From positions 2,108,001-2,172,000 of the forward strand of contig CP075494.1 of assembly GCA_021613535.1 (NCBI GenBank): a stretch of 64,000 nucleotides of DNA, written 5' to 3'. Shown here in pieces: positions 13,801 to 24,508 of this stretch (position 1 is its first letter; each line of letters opens with the position of its first letter). The DNA comes from Adineta vaga. Lineage: Eukaryota > Animalia > Rotifera. Made by a program: the position numbers and the translations under genes. The notes under the pieces are model-generated. The model was given only the letters and a program-made list of their open reading frames with translations. It ran no database searches and had not been told where the DNA came from.

Positions 13801-15115
13801 TTCAGTTTGAACAACATCATTCAAATAGTTTTTCATTTTTAATACTGTAGTATCTACATCAGTCTTGAATCCACTTATTTGCACATGCCATACACCTCGA
13901 GTGTAATGTATGAAAATATGCATCAGTGGATTTTTAATTGCTTGAAGGAAGTAAAATCTAATTTGTTTAGATTCTTCTTTTCTTGACATATTGTTTACTA
14001 CAGGTTTACCACGTTGTTGTTGTTTTAAAATAAATATGCGTTCTTGGTCTTTTAATGCCCATGATTTTATATGAAAAGTATAACTTTGTAATTCTTCTAT
14101 TGCGCTATTTAAAGAAGTTAGAGAATCGCTGCACAATGATACTAAAATACGTTGTTGAGCATTATCATTTGAAGTTGCCCTATTGGAAAAGTCGCTTGGA
14201 AAATTGAATAACGATGAAGCATCAGAATCAGAAGGTTGACTCATATTTTCACCATCATCATCATCATCATCATGTCGTTCATGTCTGTCATGTTCTTCAG
14301 AATCATCATGATCTTCTTTATTCTTATGACGATCATTCAAACTCAATTTGCTTAAATTTGGATAGCTGTTTGATGTTAGGATGACTTCGTTGAATATCTC
14401 CCTTTCCATGTGAACCACGATTATTTGAAAACCCGCGTCCTCTACCACGTATACCATCTCTATGCGGAGTATTGATACCTTTATTTTTAACATGCATGTT
14501 TGCTTTTTGGAAAGATGTTCCCACACGATGTCTGTTCACAAAATCTTTCAGCCAACATCCTTTATCGATTCTTTCCAAATGTTCCTTTAAGCCACAAGTA
14601 ATAGGTACAACCTTTTCATAGAGAAAGTTTTCAACATAAGATGTCATTTTGGTAGTTGCAGCATTATCCCCAGATATTTGCATTTTGCCAGATACAAGCT
14701 GTGCACTCTTAACACCTGGCTCTTTTCTAATCTTACTTAAAATTTCTTGACCGAATTCTTCAAAAAAATTATTTTGAGATACGCTTAATTCGATCGTATC
14801 TGATTTCGTTGGATTAGGACAATCTTTCTTTGTTTTTTCAGGTTTTCCTTCTGGATTACTTTCCCCGGAAGATACTTTATTGATCTTATGTTGAATTTGT
14901 TTTGCACAAGTATCAACCGATGTTGTCTTTCCATTGATAGATACGATTTCATGAAATTGATTCATCTTAATAAGAACATGTTGAGAATCTTCTAGTTTAC
15001 TGATAAATTCCTGAAACTCTGGATTTTGAATCACATCGCTGCTGACATTTAATATTTCTGTTTTCATTGTTTGAGACACTGGTGCAGCTGATTGCTTTCC
15101 ATGACCGGTTGCCAT
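10801..15115 (-). CDS. PARP14/PARP9-like macrodomain-WWE mono-ADP-ribosyltransferase with KH-like repeats; apparent frameshift near 14340-14390
   Basis: Macro domain (GDIT...DAIVNAAN...GGVDKAI, IIHAIGP, MPAISAATYGFP), WWE-like WCWLNDDGWEIYD, PARP (LFHGT, GLYFA, VYVVYD with no catalytic Glu). ORFs 14333-15115 and 10801-14526 overlap with no plausible intron. Confidence 0.85.
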
Positions 15116-15705
15116 TATGTAATATATCTATGGAAGAGAAAATTTTATGAGATGAGTAAAAATGATGAATATGTGTCATATATACCTTTTTGAAATTTGC
15201 GTTTAGATGAGTTGTGTGAGTGATAAACAACAATAGTTTTCAATGTTGCTTTACTGTGTGCTGCATGCATGCTATATATACCTTTATATTTGTTGTCATA
15301 AAAGTTCCGATAACGAGATGAGGTATCCCACGGTGAGAATTATTTTTTCGCGGTAAAAAGACGAAGTCGTCGTCAAACAAGGTTTGAGATTATAAAAAAA
15401 ATAACGTGTTTCTACGAAAAAGAATTCTGTACATGATAAAACAAGTTTAATCTTTCCTCCTATTACTTGTAGGATTAGTAACCATTATTTTTCATTTCAT
15501 ATAAGAGCGATATGACAACACAATGTGAAATGGTAGAATACTCAATCATATGTTGTGTTGTTTATTTATCAATTAGTTAACTAGAGAAAACTATAATGTG
15601 ATCATTAGAACAATAGACATATTTAAACTTGTATTTATTCAGTGCACGATGTCTTGCCGAAATTGAAATAAATAAAATAATAATATTTATATTTAATTGA
15701 GATAA

Positions 15706-15754
15706 GAAGGGTGTGGATGTCGGTATAAGAAAAGCATCCACATCTACATCCTCA
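15706..15754. repeat. Telomere-like inverted-repeat element (diverged)
   Basis: gaagggtgtggatgtcgg ... catccacatctacatcctca. Confidence 0.7.
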
Positions 15755-15919
15755 CGAGTGATAGATCAATAACTAGAAAATGTCGTACACAACTAAGCAT
15801 TCGTTAGCAATCAATGTCATTTTGACTTGATTAATATTATCAGTTTATTAATTTATTTTAAAGACTTCAAAAATAGATTAAAAATGAAAAACATTATTTT
15901 TTTCCTTATTGATTATGTC

Positions 15920-18900
15920 TTATTGATGTCCATTAATCCATTTCTTATTGTCAAATAGTGCTTTCCGATCTTTTACTGAATTGCTTGCCGTAATCACAGG
16001 AATGGGTTCAGCTTTTCCGTCTAGTTTTTTGCTTGAGGGTGTGAGCTCTGCAGTAGTAGAATCGGCTGGAGACGCTCTTGCTTCTTTTCCTCGCTTATTT
16101 TCGCCGATTGGATTGCGTCTCCGATGAGAGGGAACGACTTCAGGTTCTGTTGGTCCCTTGCGTGTTTCCTCAGTCTTTATATGCTGTTGTTCCACAATCG
16201 ACGGAATGATTGGAGTTTTCAGATCATTTTTTCTAATAAAATCTTCCCAAGGATAAGCTTCGTCAGTAACTTTTATCAGCCTATGTGTCACTTGATTATT
16301 GTGTATGAGAATAACATAATGGCCGTAACGATAGCGAAGATCGCTTATTTCTCTGGCGAAGTCAATATCCCCGCTTATAAGCACTATTGTGGCAGGTTCC
16401 GGATGATCTTCTCTAAATACCTGTAGATTCTTGTAAATAAGTGCATCAGCACTATTTTTCACATTTATTACGTCTATAAGGTCCACGTTGGCATAATGAA
16501 GATCGCTTTTATGCTGCTCTGTTAAAAGTGTTGTTTTACATAAAACTTTAAAACAACGTTCCATCAACTTTCGGCCTTTAATTAGTCGTCGTCGGATTTC
16601 CATTACAATATCCAAAGCATTCTGTCCACGAGGAATGGCCACATTTTCAATATCCCAATATATACTCACTTTGCCATTGGGTTGTTCGGTACCTATATTT
16701 AAAAATGTCTATTAATCAAAACTACACTTTCTAAGAATCAAATCACATCAATATAAAGAAAATCAGAAAATAAATCTATAACATTCTGATAAATTGACTT
16801 CTGAAAGCTCTGTCTGTATGAGATGTATTCTGTTTTTCTTCTCAGTAAGCTCAGGTCACTCTTGTATACAAGTCATGCTTTGACACTGAATTTTGAAAAA
16901 TGAAAAGTTTCAATCAAGTTTCAACAATTAATGTCAATTTTCAGAGCCATACAGATTTATCTTTTTATAAATATTTGTTACCTGCAGAATACGGCGACCG
17001 TAAGGGTGTCGGCATCAGTTGCGGTGTTGGTGATGGTGTTGTTTCAGCTATATTTTCTGATATCTTGACAAAAATTTGATTATTATTTAAAGATGGTTCA
17101 CATTTTCCTGAAACATATATATCATAATATCGCCTATTTATCATCACTCCGCGATCTATATTCCAACTTACCATTATACCTTTCAATTGCTTTCATAACC
17201 GGCTCTTCTTCTTCAAATGTAATTGTAGCTATACCATTCAATTTAGATTTGTCATCTGACTTCTTAAATAAATAGATAGATAGCTTCTTCGTTCGTTGAT
17301 CAATCTAAATATACAATAATTTAAGTCAAAGAATAATTTTGTAAAAATGTTTGTTGTTCATACTTTGATTGAACCAACGCGATTAAATAGAATCCGTAAT
17401 GTATCGAATAGAACTTGTTCAGACACATGCAATGGTAAACCGCTGACAAAGATTGAATCTTTAATGGAATAATCGGACTTAGTTTCGTTTTATGTGGAAA
17501 TTAAAATACTAACGTACACAAAGATCTACTGATTCATGCTCGTCAGTCATTTGGACTCAAGTAACTTCTTAAATATTTATGAGATAGAGACCATAAAAAC
17601 ATGGATATTTTTATTAAACTCAAATGAATTCTTCGCGTCTTAAGTCTTCTTTCACTTAGATCTTGATTTATTTGTACGGAATTTGAAGCAGAGGTAAACA
17701 AAAAGAACTGAATAGTTTTATAAAAGTAAGCTGATCAATCTCTTATTCCATTCTAATAACGTTTATAGTCTTTATCATATAATCTCGGTAACAAATCAAT
17801 TTAATCCTTATACACGATATGGCTCTTTACAATTGTAATACCGCTCGTATCTTTGCTGTAGGATATGTGTCCTTTTTGGAGATTTTTCTACTATCAAAAT
17901 CTTGAATAACACTCTCTGTTCATCATGCATGATTAGCAACGTCACAAATCTTTAAGTCTTCATTCACTTGTGAATCTTTTCTTTACTTTCATCATCAATG
18001 AAGCATTTATACTCAAAAGTAGATTTATTTTTTAGTTCTTACACCATTCAAGCACTAAACTACAAGTCATATAGTTTAAAGATGTATATTTTCTCAAATC
18101 AAATCATTACGACTATTTTCTTTTCAATATACTCACTTTTTTTAAAGAATACTGGCTTTTTTGGTTCTGATATCTTGACAAAAATTTGATTATTATTTAA
18201 AGATGGTTCACATTTTCCTGAAACATATATATCATAATATCGCCTATTTATCATCACTCCGCGATCTATATTCCAACTTACCATTATACCTTTCAATTGC
18301 TTTCATAACCGGCTCTTCTTCTTCAAATGTAATTGTAGCTGTACCATTCAATTTAGATTTGTCATCTGACTTCTTAAATAAATAGATAGATAGCTTCTTC
18401 GTTCGTTGATCAATCTAAATATACAATAATTTAAGTCAAAGAATAATTTTGTAAAAATGTTTGTTGTTCATACTTTGATTGAACCAACGCGATTAAATAG
18501 AATCTGCAATGCATCTAACAGACGTTGCACAGGCATATCTGTTGGCAGACCCTTGATAAAAACTGCATTTTGTTCGGATGTTTCAGCACCACTAAAATTA
18601 CTCCTAGTATTATCGGTATCATCAGATTCTATCGTTCCGCTCTCCTGCGGTGGCGGTCCAAATTCGCCCTTTCCTTTCTTTGTCATCTCAACAATAATCA
18701 ATGCGTTTTCAAGGCTTGTTACACGTTTTCCTAAAATGTATAGGATCATATATTGTTTACGCGATAACTCTGGCTTCTACTCAAGCTTACCATTATATTC
18801 ATTAATTGCTTTCATTACCGACTCTTCATCTTCAAATGTAACCGTCGCCGTACCATTCAATTTAGTTATGTCATTTCTTTCTTTGTATAAATGGATAAAT

Positions 18901-19359
18901 GGTTTCTGTGTTCGTCGATTGATCTGAATATCAAATAATTGAATTTAAAACATACCCTCTAAAACTTTCTATTATTATTATTACCTGAATTCGACCAACG
19001 CTCGTAAATTCATCCCATAATGTATCGAAAAGTAGTTGCTCGTTCATATGCCGTGGTAAAGAGCGGATATATATCTGATTTTGCTTGAATATTGATGGAT
19101 TATGATCCACATCTGAATTCTCTTCGCTAGTATCACTTTCAGATCGATATACTGGTAATGAAGCAATCTTATTTCGTGGAATTACAATTCCATCATTTCG
19201 AGAACAGTGGAAATCACCTTTAGTGCGTGAAATTACTTCGCCTATGCAGGTAAAACAGTATTTGTGGCCGCAAGGTAATATACGTGGATCAACCAACTGT
19301 TGGACGCAAATCATGCAGAGCTTTATTTTGTCGTATTTATCCCCGTTTTTGTTTGCCAT
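15920..19359 (-). CDS. Multi-exon RING finger + three FET-like RRMs + NYN (PIN-fold, MARF1/Limkain-b1-like) ribonuclease; middle part possibly degenerate
   Basis: C3HC4 RING (CMIC...LPCGHKYCFTC). RRMs: QIYIRSLP, AVFIKGLP, SIFVSGLP ... GTATITFE. NYN motifs SIYWDIEN, KNSAD, TIVLISGDIDF. The NYN exon has a splice acceptor near 16692 and no ATG of its own. Confidence 0.65.
17055..17394. repeat. 340-bp direct repeat, copy A (RRM exons plus two introns)
   Basis: Matches 18165-18504 except for one substitution seen (17231 a vs 18341 g). Confidence 0.9.
18165..18504. repeat. 340-bp direct repeat, copy B
   Basis: Offset 1110 bp from copy A; the ORF track shows near-identical translations. Confidence 0.9.
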
Positions 19360-19925
19360 GAGTTTTGTAGCGATACTGAAGTTTTTCACTATGGTAAAAC
19401 AACGATAAACAATTAAATAAGACGAGTAAAAATCTAAAATATATCTCAGTTGAAGCATATTTAAAGAGGTCTATCTCGCTGATATTACAATTCAAAAAAT
19501 TATCCCTGTGGTGAATTTGTGAATTATTGCATTTTTGTTTCGAATAATCTAAGAGAACGTTTTCAAAGATGCGAGAGAAGAACCTAATTTCAACATGGTG
19601 AGAGAATTTGTGTGAATTTGTTTTTCTTTCACGTCCCCACCCGCATCATACCTGATATGAAACTAAGCAAATGATATCAATATTTGCCAACGCTGTATTC
19701 TATTGAAATTAGTTGTGTATACGTATAGGTGAGTTTTGTTCGTCGTTTTGATGGCGAAGTTTCTTATCGTCTGTTGTTATGATCGTAATAGCACATCTCT
19801 TGATTCTCGTGAGTTTTGTTGGCGTTGTTGCGAAACTATAAAAACGAACTATAATAAATAAACTACTGCTTATTCTCTTCTTTTAGATGATTCTCTGAGA
19901 TTTCGACAACAAAAGTTATGTCATG

Positions 19926-19982
19926 TTAGGGTGTGGGTTTAGAGAGACGACTCCTTCACCCACACCCACACTCACACCCTTA
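19926..19982. repeat. Telomere-like inverted-repeat element
   Basis: ttagggtgtgggttt ... ttcacccacacccacactcacaccctta. Confidence 0.9.
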
Positions 19983-20061
19983 TATGATGCATTGTCGTCA
20001 ACAGATATCTGTATATTCACTTCTTCTAAGCCATTAATGAACATGATGAAACTTGCTGCTA

Positions 20062-20592
20062 TCGGGTGGTCCACATTAAATGGCGGTCTTAGTATTTTGT
20101 CAATATCCATTTTAATTTCTATCACTTACACATGAACTTTCCCCTAAAATAGCCCCCGTCGAATTCTCTACAAAAATGTATAAGCATGTTTGATATTAAA
20201 CGTTGATATAAAAAAATGAACTAATCATACTGTGAAGCTTCTCTACAGTTTAGTATGCTATGTCTCGTGGTGTAGAATAAACTCAGTTTCAACCAAGTAT
20301 TATGACTTAAAAACTATATGAATTCCTGAAACTGGATAAAAGAACACAATTTAGCGTATTTTGCTTATTTCATTTGAAAAAAAGAACTTTTTAAAATTCA
20401 GAAATTTGGACTGCTGTGTCCCATTCAGTCCTCTTCGATATAAAATTCAAATAAACAAAACCGAGATAATTTGTTTTCTTTTTACTAGAGAATTTGACGG
20501 GGACTATTTCGGAAAAGATCAATCATAAACTATGAAAATTGAAAGTGATATTGACGAAATACTGGGACCACCATTTAATCTGGACCACCCGA
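20062..20592. mobile_element. Non-autonomous TIR element (Tc1/mariner-like MITE), ~115-bp TIRs, TA flanks
   Basis: TA-tcgggtggtccacattaaatggcggtc...gaattctcta is inverted relative to tagagaatttgacgggg...ccatttaatctggaccacccga-TA. Confidence 0.8.
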
Positions 20593-21091
20593 TAAATTAT
20601 GTACAGAAGATAAGAAAGATTGGATGTGTATCTTGTTCTTTTTCATGCTTACATTCAATATTATATGGATACGAACATATTCGCCTGCGTATTTTCATCG
20701 ACGAATGCGAAATGTAATTAGTCATGAGTTATGATAAAAAATACATGTCATCAGATGTCACTGAAAAATACTTTCTATGATGCTGAACTTATTCAAGTTT
20801 ATAGATAGATTTTGGCAGAACTATACTCAGATATTGTTTGAAAGAATCTGACAAATGCACACAAAGCATGGGCATCGTTGTAGAGGTAAATTAAGTGAAA
20901 CAATGGTTAGTTGAAATTGAATACTTTACTTCTAGTATAATCTTGAAGAATGTATTTTTTTCATTTCTTTTATTTGCATATCTGAATACACATGTTTATA
21001 TAATGCTATAGATAAGTCGTATTTTGTTTTTTCTTCAAATATCTGGGAATTTCCCAGATATTGTATAGTTTTTATCGATAGTATTTATTCA

Positions 21092-22465
21092 ATGGCATTT
21101 ACATCATTTAAGATGAAAAGCACATATAAGAAAGATATGGAAATATCGCCTACTGTTAACAATGAACAAACTCAATCAACTCGTCGTCCAATAATTCATG
21201 TTTTTACTGGTTTTCGAGCATTATCATGTCTATGGATATTTATGTTGCATAGTACAGACACAAAGGAACTAATGAAATTTCATTTATCATGGTTATCACT
21301 GAATGGATCAGCAGGTGTTGTATTATTTTTTTGTCTAAGTGGATTTGTCATGGTGTGGACTTATGGCGATTGTAAATTTAAATCAGCTAAATGTTATTGG
21401 TCTTTCATTGGAAGAAGAGCAGCTCGTTTATTTCCATTATACTATTTTTCCTTACTTTTATCTATTTATGATATTAGATGCGTATGGAGTAAGAGTGAAC
21501 GATGTACTAATGAAAATGTGATATATATCTTATTGACTTTATTTACCGTACAAACATGGATTCCTTATAATTTCGGTGTGCTTTCATGGAACGAACCAGT
21601 ATGGAGTGTGCAAACAGAATGGTTTTTCTATCTTATGTTTCCTTTTATTCTTCATCTGATTCGATATTTTTTAAATAGAAATCAAATTAGTCTTCTTACT
21701 AATAGAGATGATAAGAAAAAAGCATTGAAACGATTATATTTTATGTGTATTATAGTTTTATTTATATCATCAATACCTTTACCATTTCAATTCAAGACAT
21801 ATGAAGAGTTCATATCTAAAAATATAACAGATCATTTTGATCCAACAGTAATATTATATACATCACCATTAGCAAGAATTCCTGAATTTATTCTTGGAAT
21901 ACTCACAGGTATTATTTTCATGTTAAAATCATCATCAGATAATCCTACTAATCAATCTGATAACAGTGTAAGCATTACTTTATTATCAAACGATAATCAG
22001 CAACAGAACACACAATCTCCGTTATCATCACGTTCAAAATATGATGGTCATTGTTGTATGTTGAATATTTATTTCTTTTTAGGAATATTATTTTTTATCG
22101 GTTCACCAGTTTTATTTATTATTCCTGTGTTACTTAAACATTCTGTTATATTACGTATGGGATCAGTGATGTCGTTCATGATGTGTATCTATCTATATGC
22201 GGCTGCCAGATATCCTTTATCATTAACATCGAGATTATTAACAAAATCTTTATTAATTAAAATGGGTGAAATTTCTTATGCATTCTATTGTTTAAGTGAA
22301 ACATTACCTCAAGTATATTCACTTTTAATCGGTGTCATGGTTGAACAGAGTGTAATTATGAAATTATTTGCTGGTATTGGTATAGCTGTTTTTGCTCGTC
22401 ATTTTATCGAAATGCCATTTTATACATGGGCAAATAAAAAATTACCGAAATGTCAATGCAGATAA
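21092..22465 (+). CDS. Acyltransferase family 3 (OafA/YrhL-like) multi-pass membrane O-acyltransferase, intronless
   Basis: Motifs GFRAL...H, GVVLFFCLSGFVM, RRAARLFPLY, WSVQTEWFFY, GEISYAFY, IEMP. Confidence 0.9.
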   Translation: MAFTSFKMKSTYKKDMEISPTVNNEQTQSTRRPIIHVFTGFRALSCLWIFMLHSTDTKELMKFHLSWLSLNGSAGVVLFFCLSGFVMVWTYGDCKFKSAKCYWSFIGRRAARLFPLYYFSLLLSIYDIRCVWSKSERCTNENVIYILLTLFTVQTWIPYNFGVLSWNEPVWSVQTEWFFYLMFPFILHLIRYFLNRNQISLLTNRDDKKKALKRLYFMCIIVLFISSIPLPFQFKTYEEFISKNITDHFDPTVILYTSPLARIPEFILGILTGIIFMLKSSSDNPTNQSDNSVSITLLSNDNQQQNTQSPLSSRSKYDGHCCMLNIYFFLGILFFIGSPVLFIIPVLLKHSVILRMGSVMSFMMCIYLYAAARYPLSLTSRLLTKSLLIKMGEISYAFYCLSETLPQVYSLLIGVMVEQSVIMKLFAGIGIAVFARHFIEMPFYTWANKKLPKCQCR

Positions 22466-22609
22466 AACCTTTTTCCCCCTCTAAATCAAACATTTCATTA
22501 CCTATAACAAACTTTTTGTGTATTTATAAACAAAACATAATTTTTGTTCTTATTTACGTTTTAATCATTTTTATCTTGAAGGATGTGGATGGGTTCATAC
22601 AATGAAGTC

Positions 22610-23503
22610 TTACGTTTCTGTTATAGTAAATATTCTTTGTAACAAAACTAGTTTTTCTGAAACAGCAGTTCGGATTGGAGTTGTTGTTTTGAATACTACG
22701 ATGATTACCGCTGTTGTTGAAATATCAACACCAATAAAAGCAATACAAAAATGATCTTTTGGTGGTGTTGTAAAAAACGACCAAAAGATGAGAAAAGCAA
22801 AAGGAAGACCTAATATTCCAAGAATAGTTGTTATTGTTATAATATTTTTCACCATTTTCAATTCTCGTTCTGCACGAATTATGACATTAGATGGTGTTAC
22901 TCTTTTATTCATTTCACGAATAAATCGAACTAACCGTGAATAAACAACATTAATAAATATATTTGGAATAAAATAAAGTGTGATTACTATATAAATAATT
23001 CCAAAAGATCTTCCTAATGGTGGATGACATATCTGATTGGAAGGATTGTATACAATTTGATTAGTTAATAATACAGGTAAGCTTATGACGAAAGCAAAGA
23101 ACCAAATTAGACAAATGAGACACATTTGAAAACGAGATGATTGCCAGAAAAGATGAGTTGGATGTATAATTGTAATATAACGATAAATTGCTTGTAATAC
23201 ATAGGAATAATTTTGTGCAACAGTAACGCTAATTAGAAAATAACCACGAAAAATACAAAGAGAATCTTCGTAAACAATTTTTTTAATGTCATTTTGTAGA
23301 ACGAAAAGTGCCATGCTTAATAAAACACATGCACAAATAAATTCAACGAAACAAGTGTTCGCGGTTAACATCATGGGTACCGTTCGACATGTTTTGTTAA
23401 ATACAATGACAACTAATAGAAAAAATGAAATACCAACTGTTGCTGAATCACATATAATTCTTAGGATATCGGTTGGAATATACCAAACTTCGGAGTTTAT
23501 CAT
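22610..23503 (-). CDS. Rhodopsin-like 7TM GPCR, intronless
   Basis: Seven hydrophobic segments, LCIFRGY, QAIYRY (DRY position), RELKMV. Start taken as MINSEVWY; the ORF extends upstream to 23689. Confidence 0.85.
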   Translation of the reverse strand: MINSEVWYIPTDILRIICDSATVGISFFLLVVIVFNKTCRTVPMMLTANTCFVEFICACVLLSMALFVLQNDIKKIVYEDSLCIFRGYFLISVTVAQNYSYVLQAIYRYITIIHPTHLFWQSSRFQMCLICLIWFFAFVISLPVLLTNQIVYNPSNQICHPPLGRSFGIIYIVITLYFIPNIFINVVYSRLVRFIREMNKRVTPSNVIIRAERELKMVKNIITITTILGILGLPFAFLIFWSFFTTPPKDHFCIAFIGVDISTTAVIIVVFKTTTPIRTAVSEKLVLLQRIFTITET

Positions 23504-24174
23504 ATTTGAATGATTGTCAAAGATCATTAGTATCAACTTCTTGTCATAAAAACAGGTTTTTAGAAAGAACATTCTAGAAAAGGAAAAATGTAAGTTTCTA
23601 AAATTTTTGAAGAGAAAAACATGAATTATCAAATTAGTGTATGCTGAAAAGAAGCGCAAAGCATAAAATAGATGAGATTGATAGATCAATTAGATAAAAA
23701 CCACTCATGTTATCTCCGCATGCATCCTCTTACAAATCATAAAAGTTTTTATTAAAGCAAAAGTGATCTATACTAAATAAAATAAAGACTTTAGTTTTCA
23801 TCATTCAATGGCGTTACTTGTATATCCGTTTGTCTAATGAGTTTATAAATTAGATCCATAATATGGTACACTAATATGAAAGGATGTGGGTGTGAGTTTA
23901 CACGATGGAGATAGCAACTCTCTTCGATACGAATGCAATGAATCCACAAGAGTTTTTCTCTAATTTTGGTATTATTTGCTGTTTGAGTATCACTATTCTC
24001 TAAATCTGCATCTTGATCTGTTGAGCTTCTCTTACAGTCTTACTCTGAATATCCATCACTCTCGAATTCCTGCACTAAATCATCAAAAATCAGTTTCCTT
24101 TATAAACACTCGGACGTGTTGTCAGATGTTCTGGAAAGTTGATACAAAATGTAGTTTACTCATAGTGATGTTTT

Positions 24175-24262
24175 ATCTTAAGAGTGTGGGTGCGTGGATA
24201 GATGCAAGTAACTATCTTTATCCAACCTGACCCACATCCTAACCCACACCCACTTTCAAGAT
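24175..24262. repeat. Telomere-like inverted-repeat element (half-elements also at 22573-22594 and 23877-23898)
   Basis: atcttaagagtgtgggtgcgtgga ... cccacatcctaacccacacccactttcaagat. Confidence 0.85.
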
Positions 24263-24508
24263 GGTTCCTCTATAAGTAAAAGCTTTTCTTCATTACAATG
24301 AAATAATTTACAATAATAAAGAAATCAATATGCTCTATTGATTCTGATAAATGTTTTTAAATATAGAGAAATTTAAAAAAAATTAAATGAAAAAATAACC
24401 TTCGTTATTATATAATATAATAACTGTGTTTATTAAAATATCGTTCGAAGCCAAGTTTATTTGTATCAATAAATATAAGATCGATCATTATTAATTTATT
24501 CGAGATAA

